Below are positions 28,976 to 38,478 of a stretch of DNA of 64,000 nucleotides, piece after piece. The translations under genes were made by a program, and so were the position numbers. Positions within the stretch are counted from its first letter, which is position 1; the number at the start of each line of letters is the position of its first letter. Source of the DNA: Clostridiales bacterium. GTDB lineage: Bacteria; Bacillota; Clostridia; Oscillospirales; CAG-272. The notes beneath the pieces are model-generated. The model saw only the letters and a list, made by a program, of their open reading frames with translations. It made no database searches and was not told the DNA's origin. The stretch is from the NCBI GenBank assembly GCA_918290775.1, contig CAKJZF010000012.1, positions 11,226-75,225 on the forward strand, given 5' to 3'.

Positions 28976-28990
28976 GGAGAATGAATATCA

Positions 28991-29545
28991 TCAGATCTGC
29001 ATGATCTCTTTTTCTTTTTTAGCAGTGATGGCGTCAATCTGCTTGATGTAGGAATCGGTGAGATCCTGAACGGATTTTTCGCTCGACTTTTGCTCGTCCT
29101 CGGTCATATCCCCATCCTTTTTCGCCTTCTTGATTTCATCGTTGGCTTCGCGGCGGATATTGCGGATGGCAACGCGTGCTTCTTCCGCCATTTTCTGAAT
29201 CTGCTTGGCGAGCGTTTTGCGGTGTTCCTCGGTCAGCTGCGGGAAGATCAGGCGAATCACCATGCCGTCATCAGTCGGCGTGATGCCGATGTCAGAGGTC
29301 AGGATCGCTTTGACCATGTCCTTGAGCGTGGAGCGGTCGTAGGGCTGGATGGTGAGCGTTTTTGCATCGGTTACGGTAACCGACGCCATATCCACGATCC
29401 GGGTGGGCGTTCCGTAATACTCAAAGGTGACTTTGGAAACGACCGCGGCGTTTGCCTGGCTTGCGCGAATGGCGGAAAGGTTGCTTTCATACGCGGCAAC
29501 GCTCTTTTGCATTTTTTCTTCCGACGGTTTGGTATTGAATTTCAT
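28991..29545 (-). CDS. frr: ribosome recycling factor
   Basis: 184 aa. Typical RRF sequence and position between pyrH and uppS. Confidence 0.96.
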   Translation of the reverse strand: MKFNTKPSEEKMQKSVAAYESNLSAIRASQANAAVVSKVTFEYYGTPTRIVDMASVTVTDAKTLTIQPYDRSTLKDMVKAILTSDIGITPTDDGMVIRLIFPQLTEEHRKTLAKQIQKMAEEARVAIRNIRREANDEIKKAKKDGDMTEDEQKSSEKSVQDLTDSYIKQIDAITAKKEKEIMQI

Positions 29546-29579
29546 GACGATAGATCCTTTCTGTTGTTTGTTTCTGATT

Positions 29580-30290
29580 TCAATTATGAATTTCGGTTCC
29601 GACCGATTCTCCCATGATCACGCGGTAAATGTTTTCCGGGTCGGAAAGACCGAAGGCATACCCGCGGATGTTGTTGTCCATACAGAAGATGGTTGCTGTC
29701 ATGTCAAGCGCCCGCAGTCCTTCATCCACGATGCGGCGATATGTCAGATCGCTGTAACGGACGGCGTTCGGATTCGTTTTGGGATCATCGCTGTAGATTG
29801 CGTCGATGTTTTTCGCCATCAGGATGCAGTCCGCTCCGATCTCGGCGGCGCGAACGACGGCGGCGGTGTCTGTTGAGAAGTACGGCGATCCGAGCCCTGC
29901 TCCGAAGATGACAACCTTTCCGGCTTTGAGCGCCTCATCCGCGCCCCTTGCGGTGTATGTGTCGGCGAACGTCTGCATGGGGACTGCCGAAAGGACAACG
30001 GCGTCCATTCCTTCCGCAATGAAACTGTCCTGCAATGCGATGGAGTTGATGACGGTTGCGAGCATTCCCATGTGATCTGCCCGGCTGCGATTCATCTCTC
30101 CGCCCTGTCTGCCGCGCCAAATGTTACCCGCCCCGACAATCACGGCGATCTCAACGCCGGCGTCGGTGCATTTTTTAATGACCTTTGCAACCTTTGCGAC
30201 AAAGTCAAAATCAAGGATCCCGTTTTCCTTTGGCGCAAGCGCCTCCCCGGAGAGTTTGAGAAGCACGCGGTGATATTTTGGATGACTCAT
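29580..30290 (-). CDS. pyrH: UMP kinase
   Basis: 236 aa. YHRVLLKLSGEAL and GAGNIWRG motifs. Confidence 0.96.
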   Translation of the reverse strand: MSHPKYHRVLLKLSGEALAPKENGILDFDFVAKVAKVIKKCTDAGVEIAVIVGAGNIWRGRQGGEMNRSRADHMGMLATVINSIALQDSFIAEGMDAVVLSAVPMQTFADTYTARGADEALKAGKVVIFGAGLGSPYFSTDTAAVVRAAEIGADCILMAKNIDAIYSDDPKTNPNAVRYSDLTYRRIVDEGLRALDMTATIFCMDNNIRGYAFGLSDPENIYRVIMGESVGTEIHN

Positions 30291-30328
30291 GAAGCGAAAG
30301 CTCCTTCCGTTCGTTTTCTTACTCTTTT

Positions 30329-30357
30329 ATTTTACTACAAAAATCTGTTTTTGTAAA
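30329..30357 (-). promoter_or_regulatory. sigma-A promoter of pyrH (TTTACA-17-TAAAAT)
   Basis: On the minus strand, TTTACA (30352-30357) and TAAAAT (30329-30334) with a 17-bp spacer. Confidence 0.5.
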
Positions 30358-30376
30358 CACCTTTTTATAAATAATT

Positions 30377-30423
30377 GGAAAAAAATAAGAAAAGCAGAGC
30401 ACGCAAAAGCGCGTGCTCTGCTT
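30377..30423 (-). terminator. intrinsic terminator of tsf
   Basis: AAGCAGAGCACGC / GCGTGCTCTGCTT 13-bp stem followed on the minus strand by TTTTCTTATTTTTTT. Confidence 0.85.
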
Positions 30424-30438
30424 CCCGGAACCGGGAGA

Positions 30439-31362
30439 TTATTTGCCGGCGGTCATCTTTGCGATTTCCTCTGCAAAGTTTTCCTCTCTCTTTTGGATTC
30501 CTTCGCCCTTCTCAAAGCGATAGAATTCCACGATGGCGATCTCGCCGCCAAGCTCCTTCGCAGTGTTCTTGACATACTGACCGACCTTCAGATCTTCATC
30601 CTTAACATAGGTCATATCCAACAGGCAGTTGTTGTCATAGAACTTGGAGATGCGACCGAGAACCATTTTCTCTTTGATCGCGTCGGGCTTCTTTGCGTTT
30701 GCGGGATCATTCGCGATCTGCGCGAGAAGAATCTTCTTTTCTTCTTCAAGAACGCTTGCGGGAACCTGCTCGCGGCAGAGATACGGCGTCGGATACGCGC
30801 CGATCTGAAGCGCGATGTTCTTTGCGAAAGCCGCAAACTCGGGCTTGTCGGCAACGTTGGTTTCAAACTTCGCAACAACGCCGATCGAGCCGTTTCCGTG
30901 AATATAGGTGCTGGTGATGCCCTCAACAACGGCGAACCGGCGAACGGTCAGCTTTTCACCGATCTTAAAGATCATCTCCTTGACCTTTCCGTCAACCGTC
31001 ATTTCATCGTCATATTTGCAAGCCATCAGCGCGTCCACATCGGCGGGAGACTCCTTGATGATGATGCCGAGCAGGTCGCCGACGAACGCCTTGAAGGTTT
31101 CATTCTTTGCAACGAAGTCGGTCTCGGAGTTGACCTCGATGATCGCGGTTTTGTTGCCTTCTTTGCGGATTTCAACGATACCGTCGGCAGCGATTCTCGT
31201 TGCCATTTTGGATTCCGCTTTCAGTTCGCCCTTCTCACGAAGGATTTTGATTGCGGCGTCCACATCGCCGTCAGCTTCAACGAGCGCCTTTTTGCATTCC
31301 ATCATGCCGATCCCGGTCTTTGCGCGGAGAGCGGCAACGTCCTTTGCGGTAATAGCAGCCAT
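30439..31362 (-). CDS. tsf: translation elongation factor Ts
   Basis: 307 aa. N-terminal UBA-like VAALRAKTGIGMMECKKAL. Confidence 0.97.
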   Translation of the reverse strand: MAAITAKDVAALRAKTGIGMMECKKALVEADGDVDAAIKILREKGELKAESKMATRIAADGIVEIRKEGNKTAIIEVNSETDFVAKNETFKAFVGDLLGIIIKESPADVDALMACKYDDEMTVDGKVKEMIFKIGEKLTVRRFAVVEGITSTYIHGNGSIGVVAKFETNVADKPEFAAFAKNIALQIGAYPTPYLCREQVPASVLEEEKKILLAQIANDPANAKKPDAIKEKMVLGRISKFYDNNCLLDMTYVKDEDLKVGQYVKNTAKELGGEIAIVEFYRFEKGEGIQKREENFAEEIAKMTAGK

Positions 31363-31380
31363 TGTCTGTTCTCCTTTCGG

Positions 31381-32124
31381 TTATTCGGCGTCGGTCGCTT
31401 CGGCTTCGGTTGCTTCAGCGGTCTCGGTCTCTTCGGTTGTTTCGCCCTGCTTTCCTTCGATCACGGCGTCAGCCAGTGCGGAGGAAATCAACTTGATGGC
31501 ACGGATTGCGTCGTCGTTACCGGGGATGATATAGTCGGCGTCATCAGGATCGCAGTTGGTGTCAACGATGGCGATCACGGGGATACCAAGCTTTTTCGCT
31601 TCCAAAACAGCGTTTCTTTCTTTCTTGGGGTCAACGATAAAGACCGCGTCGGGTAGCTGCTCCATGGTCTTAATGCCGCCGTAGCTCTTTTCCAAATCAA
31701 AGATCTCTTTCTGCATAGAGGCAACTTCCTTCTTCGGGAGCAGATCGAAAGTGCCGTCCTCCTGCATCTTGTAGAGGCTGTTGAGACGGTTGATGGACTT
31801 CTTGATGGTCTTGAAGTTGGTCATCATTCCGCCGGGCCAACGGACGTTCACATAGTACATTCCGCAGCGGGTAGCCTCTTCTTTGATGGCTTCCGCCGCC
31901 TGCTTTTTGGTACCCACAAACAGGAGCGTGCCGTTGTTTTCGGAAAGCTCGCGAACGAACGCATAAGCCTCGTCGAACTTTTTCACGGTTTTCTGAAGAT
32001 CAATGATATAGATCCCGTTGCGCTCCGTGAAAATGTACTCCTGCATTTTGGGGTTCCATCTTCTGGTGTGGTGTCCGAAATGAACACCTGCTTCAAGCAA
32101 CTGCTTGATTGAAATAACAGACAT
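31381..32124 (-). CDS. rpsB: 30S ribosomal protein S2
   Basis: [18 protein letters not shown] start at ATG 32124 with AAGGAGGA RBS. The longer ORF start at 32193 is unsupported. Confidence 0.96.
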   Translation of the reverse strand: MSVISIKQLLEAGVHFGHHTRRWNPKMQEYIFTERNGIYIIDLQKTVKKFDEAYAFVRELSENNGTLLFVGTKKQAAEAIKEEATRCGMYYVNVRWPGGMMTNFKTIKKSINRLNSLYKMQEDGTFDLLPKKEVASMQKEIFDLEKSYGGIKTMEQLPDAVFIVDPKKERNAVLEAKKLGIPVIAIVDTNCDPDDADYIIPGNDDAIRAIKLISSALADAVIEGKQGETTEETETAEATEAEATDAE

Positions 32125-32258
32125 TTTCCATGTCCTCCTTCGGTTTTTCCACCATCGCGGGAACCTTGCACTGACCGCCCTCCCGAGCGGCACCGACGCA
32201 TTCTTTGCCGCGATGTGTGTAGTATTTTCTTGCGCAAATTTCCATTCTTGCGCAATTA
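32125..32258 (-). promoter_or_regulatory. structured rpsB 5' leader with two TTGCGCAA palindromes
   Basis: TTCTTGCGCAA at 32227-32237 and 32245-32255. An 8-bp long-range pairing (32153-32160 with 32208-32215) encloses a GCCGC/GCGGU hairpin and an SD-like GGGAGGG. Confidence 0.45.
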
Positions 32259-32264
32259 CATTGA

Positions 32265-32293
32265 ATTATACCATATCTTCAAGGTAAATGCAA
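32265..32293 (-). promoter_or_regulatory. sigma-A promoter of rpsB (TTGCAT-17-TATAAT)
   Basis: On the minus strand, TTGCAT (32288-32293) and TATAAT (32265-32270) with a 17-bp spacer. Confidence 0.6.
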
Positions 32294-32327
32294 GCCTGCG
32301 TCCATTATTTTACAAATTGTTCACAAT

Positions 32328-32627
32328 TCAACGGATTTTTTTCTTTGGCGGCTTGCTCGGGCATACACACGCCGCAAAGTCGTTCGGATTCATCCGAACC
32401 AAAATGGTGTCCTCTCCGATGCACTCGATCATTTTCCACGGTATGATGAGATCATCCTGCTTCCCGATTCCGAAAAAGCCGGAGCTTCCGCCGATAACCA
32501 GCGCAAGAAGTCTCCCGCAGTCATGATCCGCCTCAAATTCGAAGTCGCTGGCATAGCCGAGACAGCTTCCGTCACAGAGATTGACGATTTGCAGCTTCCG
32601 CAAATCGGCGGTGTTATATCGTCTCAT
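32328..32627 (-). CDS. YlmC/YmxH family sporulation protein (PRC-barrel)
   Basis: 99 aa from ATG 32627 (GGAAGGAG RBS). LQIVNLCDGSCLGYASDFEFE and IIPWKMIECIGEDTILV match the family. Confidence 0.8.
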   Translation of the reverse strand: MRRYNTADLRKLQIVNLCDGSCLGYASDFEFEADHDCGRLLALVIGGSSGFFGIGKQDDLIIPWKMIECIGEDTILVRMNPNDFAACVCPSKPPKKKIR

Positions 32628-32694
32628 GAAATCAACTCCTTCCCATAACAGATGATATGCGAAGAGGAGCGATTTTAGCAGAAAATACGGAAAA

Positions 32695-32736
32695 ATACCG
32701 AGAAAAACGCCCGAACGGATGAACGGTTCGGGCGTT
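32695..32736 (-). terminator. intrinsic terminator of the clpC-like gene
   Basis: AACGCCCGAAC / GTTCGGGCGTT 11-bp stem. On the minus strand it is followed by TTTTTCTCGGTATTTTT. Confidence 0.8.
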
Positions 32737-32743
32737 GTATTTT

Positions 32744-35053
32744 TCAGAGGCAAAGGATCTTCAGGGCTTCCCCGTCGGAGTCGATTTTTGCCTGCGTATA
32801 GGTGTGGGCATAGTCCGCGATGATCAACTCTGCGAGTCGATCTTCCACCTCTCTTTGAATGTAGCGCCGCATATTGCGTGCGCCGTATCGCCGCGAGAAG
32901 GAATGCTTGGCAATGAAGGCTTTTGCGCTGTCCGTCACCGTAAGGCTGATATTTTTCTCCTTCAGAGTCTCCGCCAGTTCGCCGAGCAGAATCCCCGCGA
33001 TCTTCTCAAAATCCTGTTCGTCCAGCGAACGGAAAGTGATGATCTCGTCAACTCGATTGAGAAATTCGGGACGCAAAAAGCTCGAGAGTGCCTTTTCGGT
33101 CCGGTCGTTTGCCGAGGCGGTTTCGTTTGCCGAAAAGCCTGCCAGCGCCGCGCTGTGATCCGACCCCGCGTTGGTGGTCATGACAATGACGGTATTTTCA
33201 AAATTGACGGTTTTGCCGTGTGCGTCGGTCACGCGTCCGTCATCCAGAATCTGCAAGAGAATGTTCAGTACATCGGGATGCGCTTTTTCGATTTCATCAA
33301 ACAGAATCACCGAGTACGGTCTGCGGCGGATCTTCTCGGTCAATTGCCCCGCTTCGTCATATCCGACATATCCGGGAGGCGCTCCGATGATGCGCGAGAC
33401 CGAATGCTTCTCCATGAATTCGGACATATCCAACCGAATCAGCGTTTCGGGAGAATGGAAGAGGTCGTTTGCCAGCGTTTTGACAAGCTCTGTTTTTCCA
33501 ACCCCGGTGGGTCCTGCGAAGATGAAGGAAACCGGCTTTCTTTTATACGCGATACCCGCCCGGTTTCGCTTAATTGCTTTCGCAACTGCCGCGACCGCGT
33601 CATCCTGACCGATAATCCGTGCTTTGAGCCGCGATTCCAAACGGTCGATCTGCTCAAATTCATTTTCGGTGATAGAGGTTGCCGGAACACCTGTCCAAAG
33701 CTCGATCACGTTTGCAAGTTCATCCTCGTCCATCTCCACTGCTTTGGTTGACGGTTCCAGCTCGTTGAGCCTTGCCGAGAGTTTCAATTCCTCCGCGCGG
33801 ATCTTGGTAATTTCTTCATAGCGATGCTGTTCCACCTGATCGTTTCCGGCAATCTCACCCTCCAACGCTTCCCGACGGCTTTTGAGCGAGAGCAAATCAT
33901 CCCGGATCTGATAGGTCTCATTGAGCGCCGATGAGGACAACGACAGATGGGAAGCCGCCTCGTCCAACAGGTCGATTGCCTTGTCGGGGAGATAACGGTC
34001 GGTGATATACCGTTCGGAGAGAACAACCGCACGGCGGAGCATGGCGTCAGGGATGATGACGTTATGAAACTCCTCGTAGTAATGCTTAATCCCCCGCAAC
34101 ATTTCCACAGTCTCTTCCACGCCGGGTTCATTGACGGTTACAGGCTGAAAGCGACGCTCGAGTGCGGTGTCCTTTTCGATATACTTGCGGTATTCGTTGA
34201 GCGTGGTGGCGCCGATGATCTGCACCTCGCCTCGCGAGAGCGCGGGCTTGAGAATGTTTGCCGCGTTTACGCTCCCCTCCGCTTCCCCGGTTCCGACGAT
34301 GTTATGCACCTCGTCGATCACAAGGATCGCGTTGCCGACGTCGTGTACCTCGCCGAGCAAGCCGAGAATGCGGGATTCAAACTGCCCGCGAAACTGCGTT
34401 CCGGCAACCAGCGCCGTCATATCCACAAGATAGATTTCTTTTCCCCGGAGCTTATACGGGACGTTTCCGGCGGCGATGCGGATGGCAAGTGCTTCGGCAA
34501 TTGCCGTTTTTCCGACGCCCGGTTCCCCGATCAGGCAGGGATTGTTTTTTTGACGGCGGCAGAGAATTTGAATGATGCGCGCCAACTCCCTGTCGCGACC
34601 GATGATGTTATCCAGTTTTCCATCGCGTGCGAATTGGGTCAGGTTGCGGCAATATGTTGTGAGGAAGCGGAGCTTTTTCTCCTCTTTTTTCTGCTTACCG
34701 TTTTTGTCTCCTGCTGTATTTTGTCCCCCTTCGGGCGGTGGGGTCGGCTGTGCCAACCCGGCTTCCCGAAAGAGTTTTGGTAGGTCAATGGCGGGCGCTC
34801 CGCCGTCCTCATTGTCGTCGGCGTCCGATGGGGTCTCCCCTTGCAGAAACGCCCCGAGATCCTTCTCGGCGTTTTCCAACTGCTCCGGGGAGATGCCGAG
34901 CTGATTGATAACGTTGCCGACGATGTTGTCAATCGGCACGCCGAGTTCTTTGGCGCATTTCATGCAAAGCCCTTGGGTGGTCTTTTCCCCGTTTTCCATT
35001 TTGGTTACAAATATCACAGCCACGCGTTTGTGGCATTGAGAGCACATTACCAT
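32744..35053 (-). CDS. ClpC/ClpB-type AAA+ ATPase with N-terminal zinc-ribbon in place of the Clp_N repeats
   Basis: 769 aa with two AAA+ modules (GEPGVGKT and GPTGVGKT Walker A). N-terminus is CSQCHKR...CMKCAKE followed by a low-complexity linker. No Clp_N repeat recognised. Confidence 0.85.
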   Translation of the reverse strand: MVMCSQCHKRVAVIFVTKMENGEKTTQGLCMKCAKELGVPIDNIVGNVINQLGISPEQLENAEKDLGAFLQGETPSDADDNEDGGAPAIDLPKLFREAGLAQPTPPPEGGQNTAGDKNGKQKKEEKKLRFLTTYCRNLTQFARDGKLDNIIGRDRELARIIQILCRRQKNNPCLIGEPGVGKTAIAEALAIRIAAGNVPYKLRGKEIYLVDMTALVAGTQFRGQFESRILGLLGEVHDVGNAILVIDEVHNIVGTGEAEGSVNAANILKPALSRGEVQIIGATTLNEYRKYIEKDTALERRFQPVTVNEPGVEETVEMLRGIKHYYEEFHNVIIPDAMLRRAVVLSERYITDRYLPDKAIDLLDEAASHLSLSSSALNETYQIRDDLLSLKSRREALEGEIAGNDQVEQHRYEEITKIRAEELKLSARLNELEPSTKAVEMDEDELANVIELWTGVPATSITENEFEQIDRLESRLKARIIGQDDAVAAVAKAIKRNRAGIAYKRKPVSFIFAGPTGVGKTELVKTLANDLFHSPETLIRLDMSEFMEKHSVSRIIGAPPGYVGYDEAGQLTEKIRRRPYSVILFDEIEKAHPDVLNILLQILDDGRVTDAHGKTVNFENTVIVMTTNAGSDHSAALAGFSANETASANDRTEKALSSFLRPEFLNRVDEIITFRSLDEQDFEKIAGILLGELAETLKEKNISLTVTDSAKAFIAKHSFSRRYGARNMRRYIQREVEDRLAELIIADYAHTYTQAKIDSDGEALKILCL

Positions 35054-35080
35054 TTGAGGTTTGGAATCCTTTCTGTTGTC

Positions 35081-35785
35081 TTATCGGGTAAACGCTTTGG
35101 AAAGCAGGCTGTTGAGATCCAAAAACGAGAAGAATTTTGTGACGGGCGTTTCGGCGAGAAATTTGACGATATGCGACTGCGTGTAGAACGCCGCGTCCGC
35201 AAAGAAAAAACTGAGCGTTGTGGAGAGGATGGTGAGCGTGATCCATGCTTCCGCAACACCGAGAACCGCGCCGAGAACATGATCCGTGGTGCCGAGGATG
35301 GCAAGCCGCTTCATGATCGCGCCGATGATGGCACTGACGATTACCATCACGATCAGCGCGGCGAAGAACACCAAAACATATCCCGCCACAGCTGAAACAA
35401 TTTTGGTCAATGCGCCGGAGAGCGAATCGGTTGCCGAGAGGACAAGCGCTTCTCCCGTTTCATCCATGGAGCTGATCTGCTCGCGCATGGATTCCGGGAG
35501 AAGAAATTTCGGGAACGCGGAGAGGATCTTTTGCGCGTCGAAGGACTCCGCCGCCTTTTGATACATGGACTCAATTTTGTTATAAACGACGTTGTAGATG
35601 CGCGTTGCAAAGAACCGTTCGGCAAGAACATCCGCGACCTTTCCCCCGAAAAAATATGCCGCCACCGCCGCGATCAGAATGCGCAGGAAGCGCATCAGCG
35701 CTTTGAATAAACCGCGAACCGCACATCGGATGACGATCACGAGAACGATCACGCCGAAAATAATATCCAAAATATACTGTGTCAT
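35081..35785 (-). CDS. CvpA family membrane protein
   Basis: 234 aa from ATG 35785 (AAAGGAG RBS). ILDIIFGVIVLVIVIRCAVRGLFKAL is a typical CvpA N-terminus. Confidence 0.75.
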   Translation of the reverse strand: MTQYILDIIFGVIVLVIVIRCAVRGLFKALMRFLRILIAAVAAYFFGGKVADVLAERFFATRIYNVVYNKIESMYQKAAESFDAQKILSAFPKFLLPESMREQISSMDETGEALVLSATDSLSGALTKIVSAVAGYVLVFFAALIVMVIVSAIIGAIMKRLAILGTTDHVLGAVLGVAEAWITLTILSTTLSFFFADAAFYTQSHIVKFLAETPVTKFFSFLDLNSLLSKAFTR

Positions 35786-35844
35786 TGTGGTTCTCCTTTC
35801 AGGTTCCATCCGAACCCGATCGTTTGCTTCATGCTTATATTGTA

Positions 35845-36651
35845 TCACGGAATCGACGGCTTGTCAAACGATTGTCTGTTAATTTTTTGTGACGAATAAA
35901 AGACCCGATTCAAATAGAGCCCGCAGGCGGGCGCCGTCAGACCCGCCCGTTCACGGTTGCGGCTTTTTGTGATCTCCGGGATTTCCGACGGATCCAATCT
36001 TCCAAGCGCAACCTCTACCAGTGTCCCGACGATGATCCGAACCATATGGTAGAGGAATCCATCCGCGGCGATGCGATAAAGAATCAAATCCCCTTCTTTT
36101 GTCAGTTCCGACCGCGTAACTGTTCTGACAGGATCGACAATTTTGGATCCCTGCGCCATATAGGATGTGAAATCCTGCGTTCCGAGAAACTGTTTTGCGG
36201 CGCTCCGCATCCGTTCGACATCCGCTTCGTTCAGTTCTTTCGGCAAATACCATGCCCGATTGACCTCGAACGGACTCATCACGCGCCGGTTATAGATCCG
36301 ATAAAGATATTCTTTTTCAATCACGTCATATCGCGCGTGAAAATTTGCGGGAACCCACTGTGCGTCATAGACGCAAATATCCGGCGGCAGATGCGCCGAA
36401 AGCGCCTGCGGAACGCGCTCGACGGGAATTTCTGTTACAAGCGCATCCGTCCCGCGTTGGGCGACCGTTGCGCAGAAGCTGTTCGCGTGAACGCCGCTGT
36501 CCGTGCGGCTGCAACCGACGATGTCGCAAGGGTACCCGAACAGTTGCTCGGTTGCCCGGTTGAGCATTTGCTGGATGCTGACGCCGTTCGGCTGAACCTG
36601 ATAACCGCAGTAGGCGGTTCCCAGATAGGCGATCCGAATCAGAAGTTTCAT
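35845..36651 (-). CDS. truA: tRNA pseudouridine(38-40) synthase TruA
   Basis: IAYLGTAYCGYQ and SRTDSGVHA catalytic-Asp motif. The start could instead be 36666. Confidence 0.92.
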   Translation of the reverse strand: MKLLIRIAYLGTAYCGYQVQPNGVSIQQMLNRATEQLFGYPCDIVGCSRTDSGVHANSFCATVAQRGTDALVTEIPVERVPQALSAHLPPDICVYDAQWVPANFHARYDVIEKEYLYRIYNRRVMSPFEVNRAWYLPKELNEADVERMRSAAKQFLGTQDFTSYMAQGSKIVDPVRTVTRSELTKEGDLILYRIAADGFLYHMVRIIVGTLVEVALGRLDPSEIPEITKSRNRERAGLTAPACGLYLNRVFYSSQKINRQSFDKPSIP

Positions 36652-36667
36652 GTCAGTTCGTCTCATT

Positions 36668-37522
36668 TCATCCTTTCATCGTGTAGCCGATGCCGAGGCG
36701 ATTCAGAAAGAAAATTCCTGTGCCGAAGGCGATCAGCAGAAGCACGGCAAACACATCCGAAAATCGAAGGCGAAGCACCTTGAGGCGGGTTCTTCCCTCG
36801 CCCCCGTGATAGCAACGGCATTCCATTGCCGCCGCAAGTTCATACGCGCGGTTGAAGGCGGACACCAGCAACGGGATGAGCACGGGCAGAAGCGCCTTGG
36901 CGCGACGGATCAGACCGCCGCTGGTAAAATCGGCTCCGCGCGCTTTCTGCGCGTTCATAATCCGCTGGGTTTCCTCCATGAGCGTTGGGATGAAACGGAG
37001 CGCGATGGTGGTCATCATGGCGATGTCGTGCACCGGGACTTTGATCTTCTTGAGCGGGGCAAACAACCGCTCAAGCGCGTCGGTCAGGGCGATCGGCGTT
37101 GTGGTATAGGAGAGCAAAACCGATGTTCCGACGAGTAGGACAACGATCCTCAGAATCATAAAAAGTGCCGTCCAAAGCCCCTCTTCAAAGATCCGAATGC
37201 GCCAAACGTGGGTCCCCCAAAGCGGGATCTCCCAGGACGGCGTGAGCAGATGCTCGCCTTTGGTCATGAAGATGTTGATCAGAGATGTGAACGTGAGAAT
37301 CATGATCAGCGGTCGGATGGAACGCAGGATCATTCGGAGCGGAACGTGGCTGACCGCCGTCAGAAGGATCGCCGAGAGAACCAGCGCCGCAAAGCAAAGC
37401 GCGTTGCGGCAAAGAAAGGTGCAAACGATATATAAAACCGTCAGAATCACCTTTGCACGCGGATCCATCCGATGTATGGGCGAGTTTGCGGGATAGTATT
37501 GCCCGAAAGCGATGCTTTTCAT
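36668..37522 (-). CDS. ecfT: energy-coupling factor transporter transmembrane subunit EcfT
   Basis: 284 aa. CbiQ-family membrane protein directly downstream of two ECF ATPase genes. Confidence 0.92.
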   Translation of the reverse strand: MKSIAFGQYYPANSPIHRMDPRAKVILTVLYIVCTFLCRNALCFAALVLSAILLTAVSHVPLRMILRSIRPLIMILTFTSLINIFMTKGEHLLTPSWEIPLWGTHVWRIRIFEEGLWTALFMILRIVVLLVGTSVLLSYTTTPIALTDALERLFAPLKKIKVPVHDIAMMTTIALRFIPTLMEETQRIMNAQKARGADFTSGGLIRRAKALLPVLIPLLVSAFNRAYELAAAMECRCYHGGEGRTRLKVLRLRFSDVFAVLLLIAFGTGIFFLNRLGIGYTMKG

Positions 37523-38478
37523 GTAAGATTTCCTTTTTGAGACTGATAATACCGTTTCAGAATTTCAACGGCACGGTCAACCGTGTAAACGTTCTCGGGA
37601 ATGTCGATTCCCATCTTGCGCAAGCGGCGCATGAGTTGCGTGATCTGCGGAATATCCAGCCCGACCTCATCCAGCATGGAAACTTTGGAAAAAACCTCCT
37701 CGCAAGTACCCGCGGCAATCACCTTGGATTGCGACAGCACCACCATGTCGTCGCAATATTCCGCCATATCCTCCATACTGTGGCTGACAATGATGACAGA
37801 AGATGCGGTTGAGCGCTGATAGCGACGGATCTCCTCAAAAATCTGTTCTCTCCCGATCGGATCCAGCCCGGCGGCGGGTTCGTCGAGAACCAACACCTCC
37901 GGCTTCATGGCGATGACTCCGGCAATGGCAACCCGCCGCTTCTGCCCGCCTGAAAGATCAAACGGTGATTTTTCCAGTAAGCTCTCATCCAAACCGCTGA
38001 ATCTTGCCGCTTCGAGAACGCGCTCTCGAATTTCCTCGTCGGAAAGCCCCATGTTCTTCGGTCCATAGGCAATATCTTTGAAAACCGTCTCTTCAAAAAG
38101 CTGATATTCCGGATATTGCATGACAAGACCGACGCGGAAACAGAGACGGCGTTTTCTCGCCTCAACCTCTTTCCGAATCGCCTTTTTCGCGGTACTTTTG
38201 CGCAAATTCCGGTATTCCGGAAGCGTTAACCATGTTTTATAAAGTTCTTTTGCCGTGCTGTTGACGTCATATCCGTCCAAGAACACGTTTCCGCTTGTCG
38301 GCTTGGAAAGCCCGTTGAGGAGCATCATCATGGTGGACTTCCCGGATCCGGTATGTCCGATGACGCCCGTGATCCGACTCGCGCCGATATGAACGGTCAC
38401 ATCGTCAAGCGCCTGATGCTCAAAAGGAGTTCCCGCACTGTAGGTAAAGCTGACATGATCCAAATGGATTTTATCCAT
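37519..38478 (-). CDS. ecfA2: energy-coupling factor transporter ATPase (EcfA2)
   Basis: ABC ATPase with Walker A GHTGSGKST, signature LSGGQKRR and Walker B VLVLDEP. Carries a K/R-rich segment between Walker A and the Q-loop. Confidence 0.92.
   Translation of the reverse strand: MDKIHLDHVSFTYSAGTPFEHQALDDVTVHIGASRITGVIGHTGSGKSTMMMLLNGLSKPTSGNVFLDGYDVNSTAKELYKTWLTLPEYRNLRKSTAKKAIRKEVEARKRRLCFRVGLVMQYPEYQLFEETVFKDIAYGPKNMGLSDEEIRERVLEAARFSGLDESLLEKSPFDLSGGQKRRVAIAGVIAMKPEVLVLDEPAAGLDPIGREQIFEEIRRYQRSTASSVIIVSHSMEDMAEYCDDMVVLSQSKVIAAGTCEEVFSKVSMLDEVGLDIPQITQLMRRLRKMGIDIPENVYTVDRAVEILKRYYQSQKGNLT
38190..38199 (+). repeat. copy 5 of 10-mer CGGTACTTTT (TTTTTCGCGGTACTTTTGCGCAA)
   Basis: Read directly, antisense to ecfA2 codons R-K-S-T-A-K-K. 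Immediately followed by a TTGCGCAA palindrome (38197-38204). Confidence 0.85.

Noticed and set aside
33188-33199. The 12-mer GACGGTATTTTC is shared between the clpC-like gene (33188-33199, +) and the M18 peptidase gene (49621-49632, -).
   Set aside because: In clpC it encodes the conserved FENTVI block, and in the peptidase it encodes KDGIF on the other strand. It is probably coincidental, so it is listed only as a relaxed variant of the main word.
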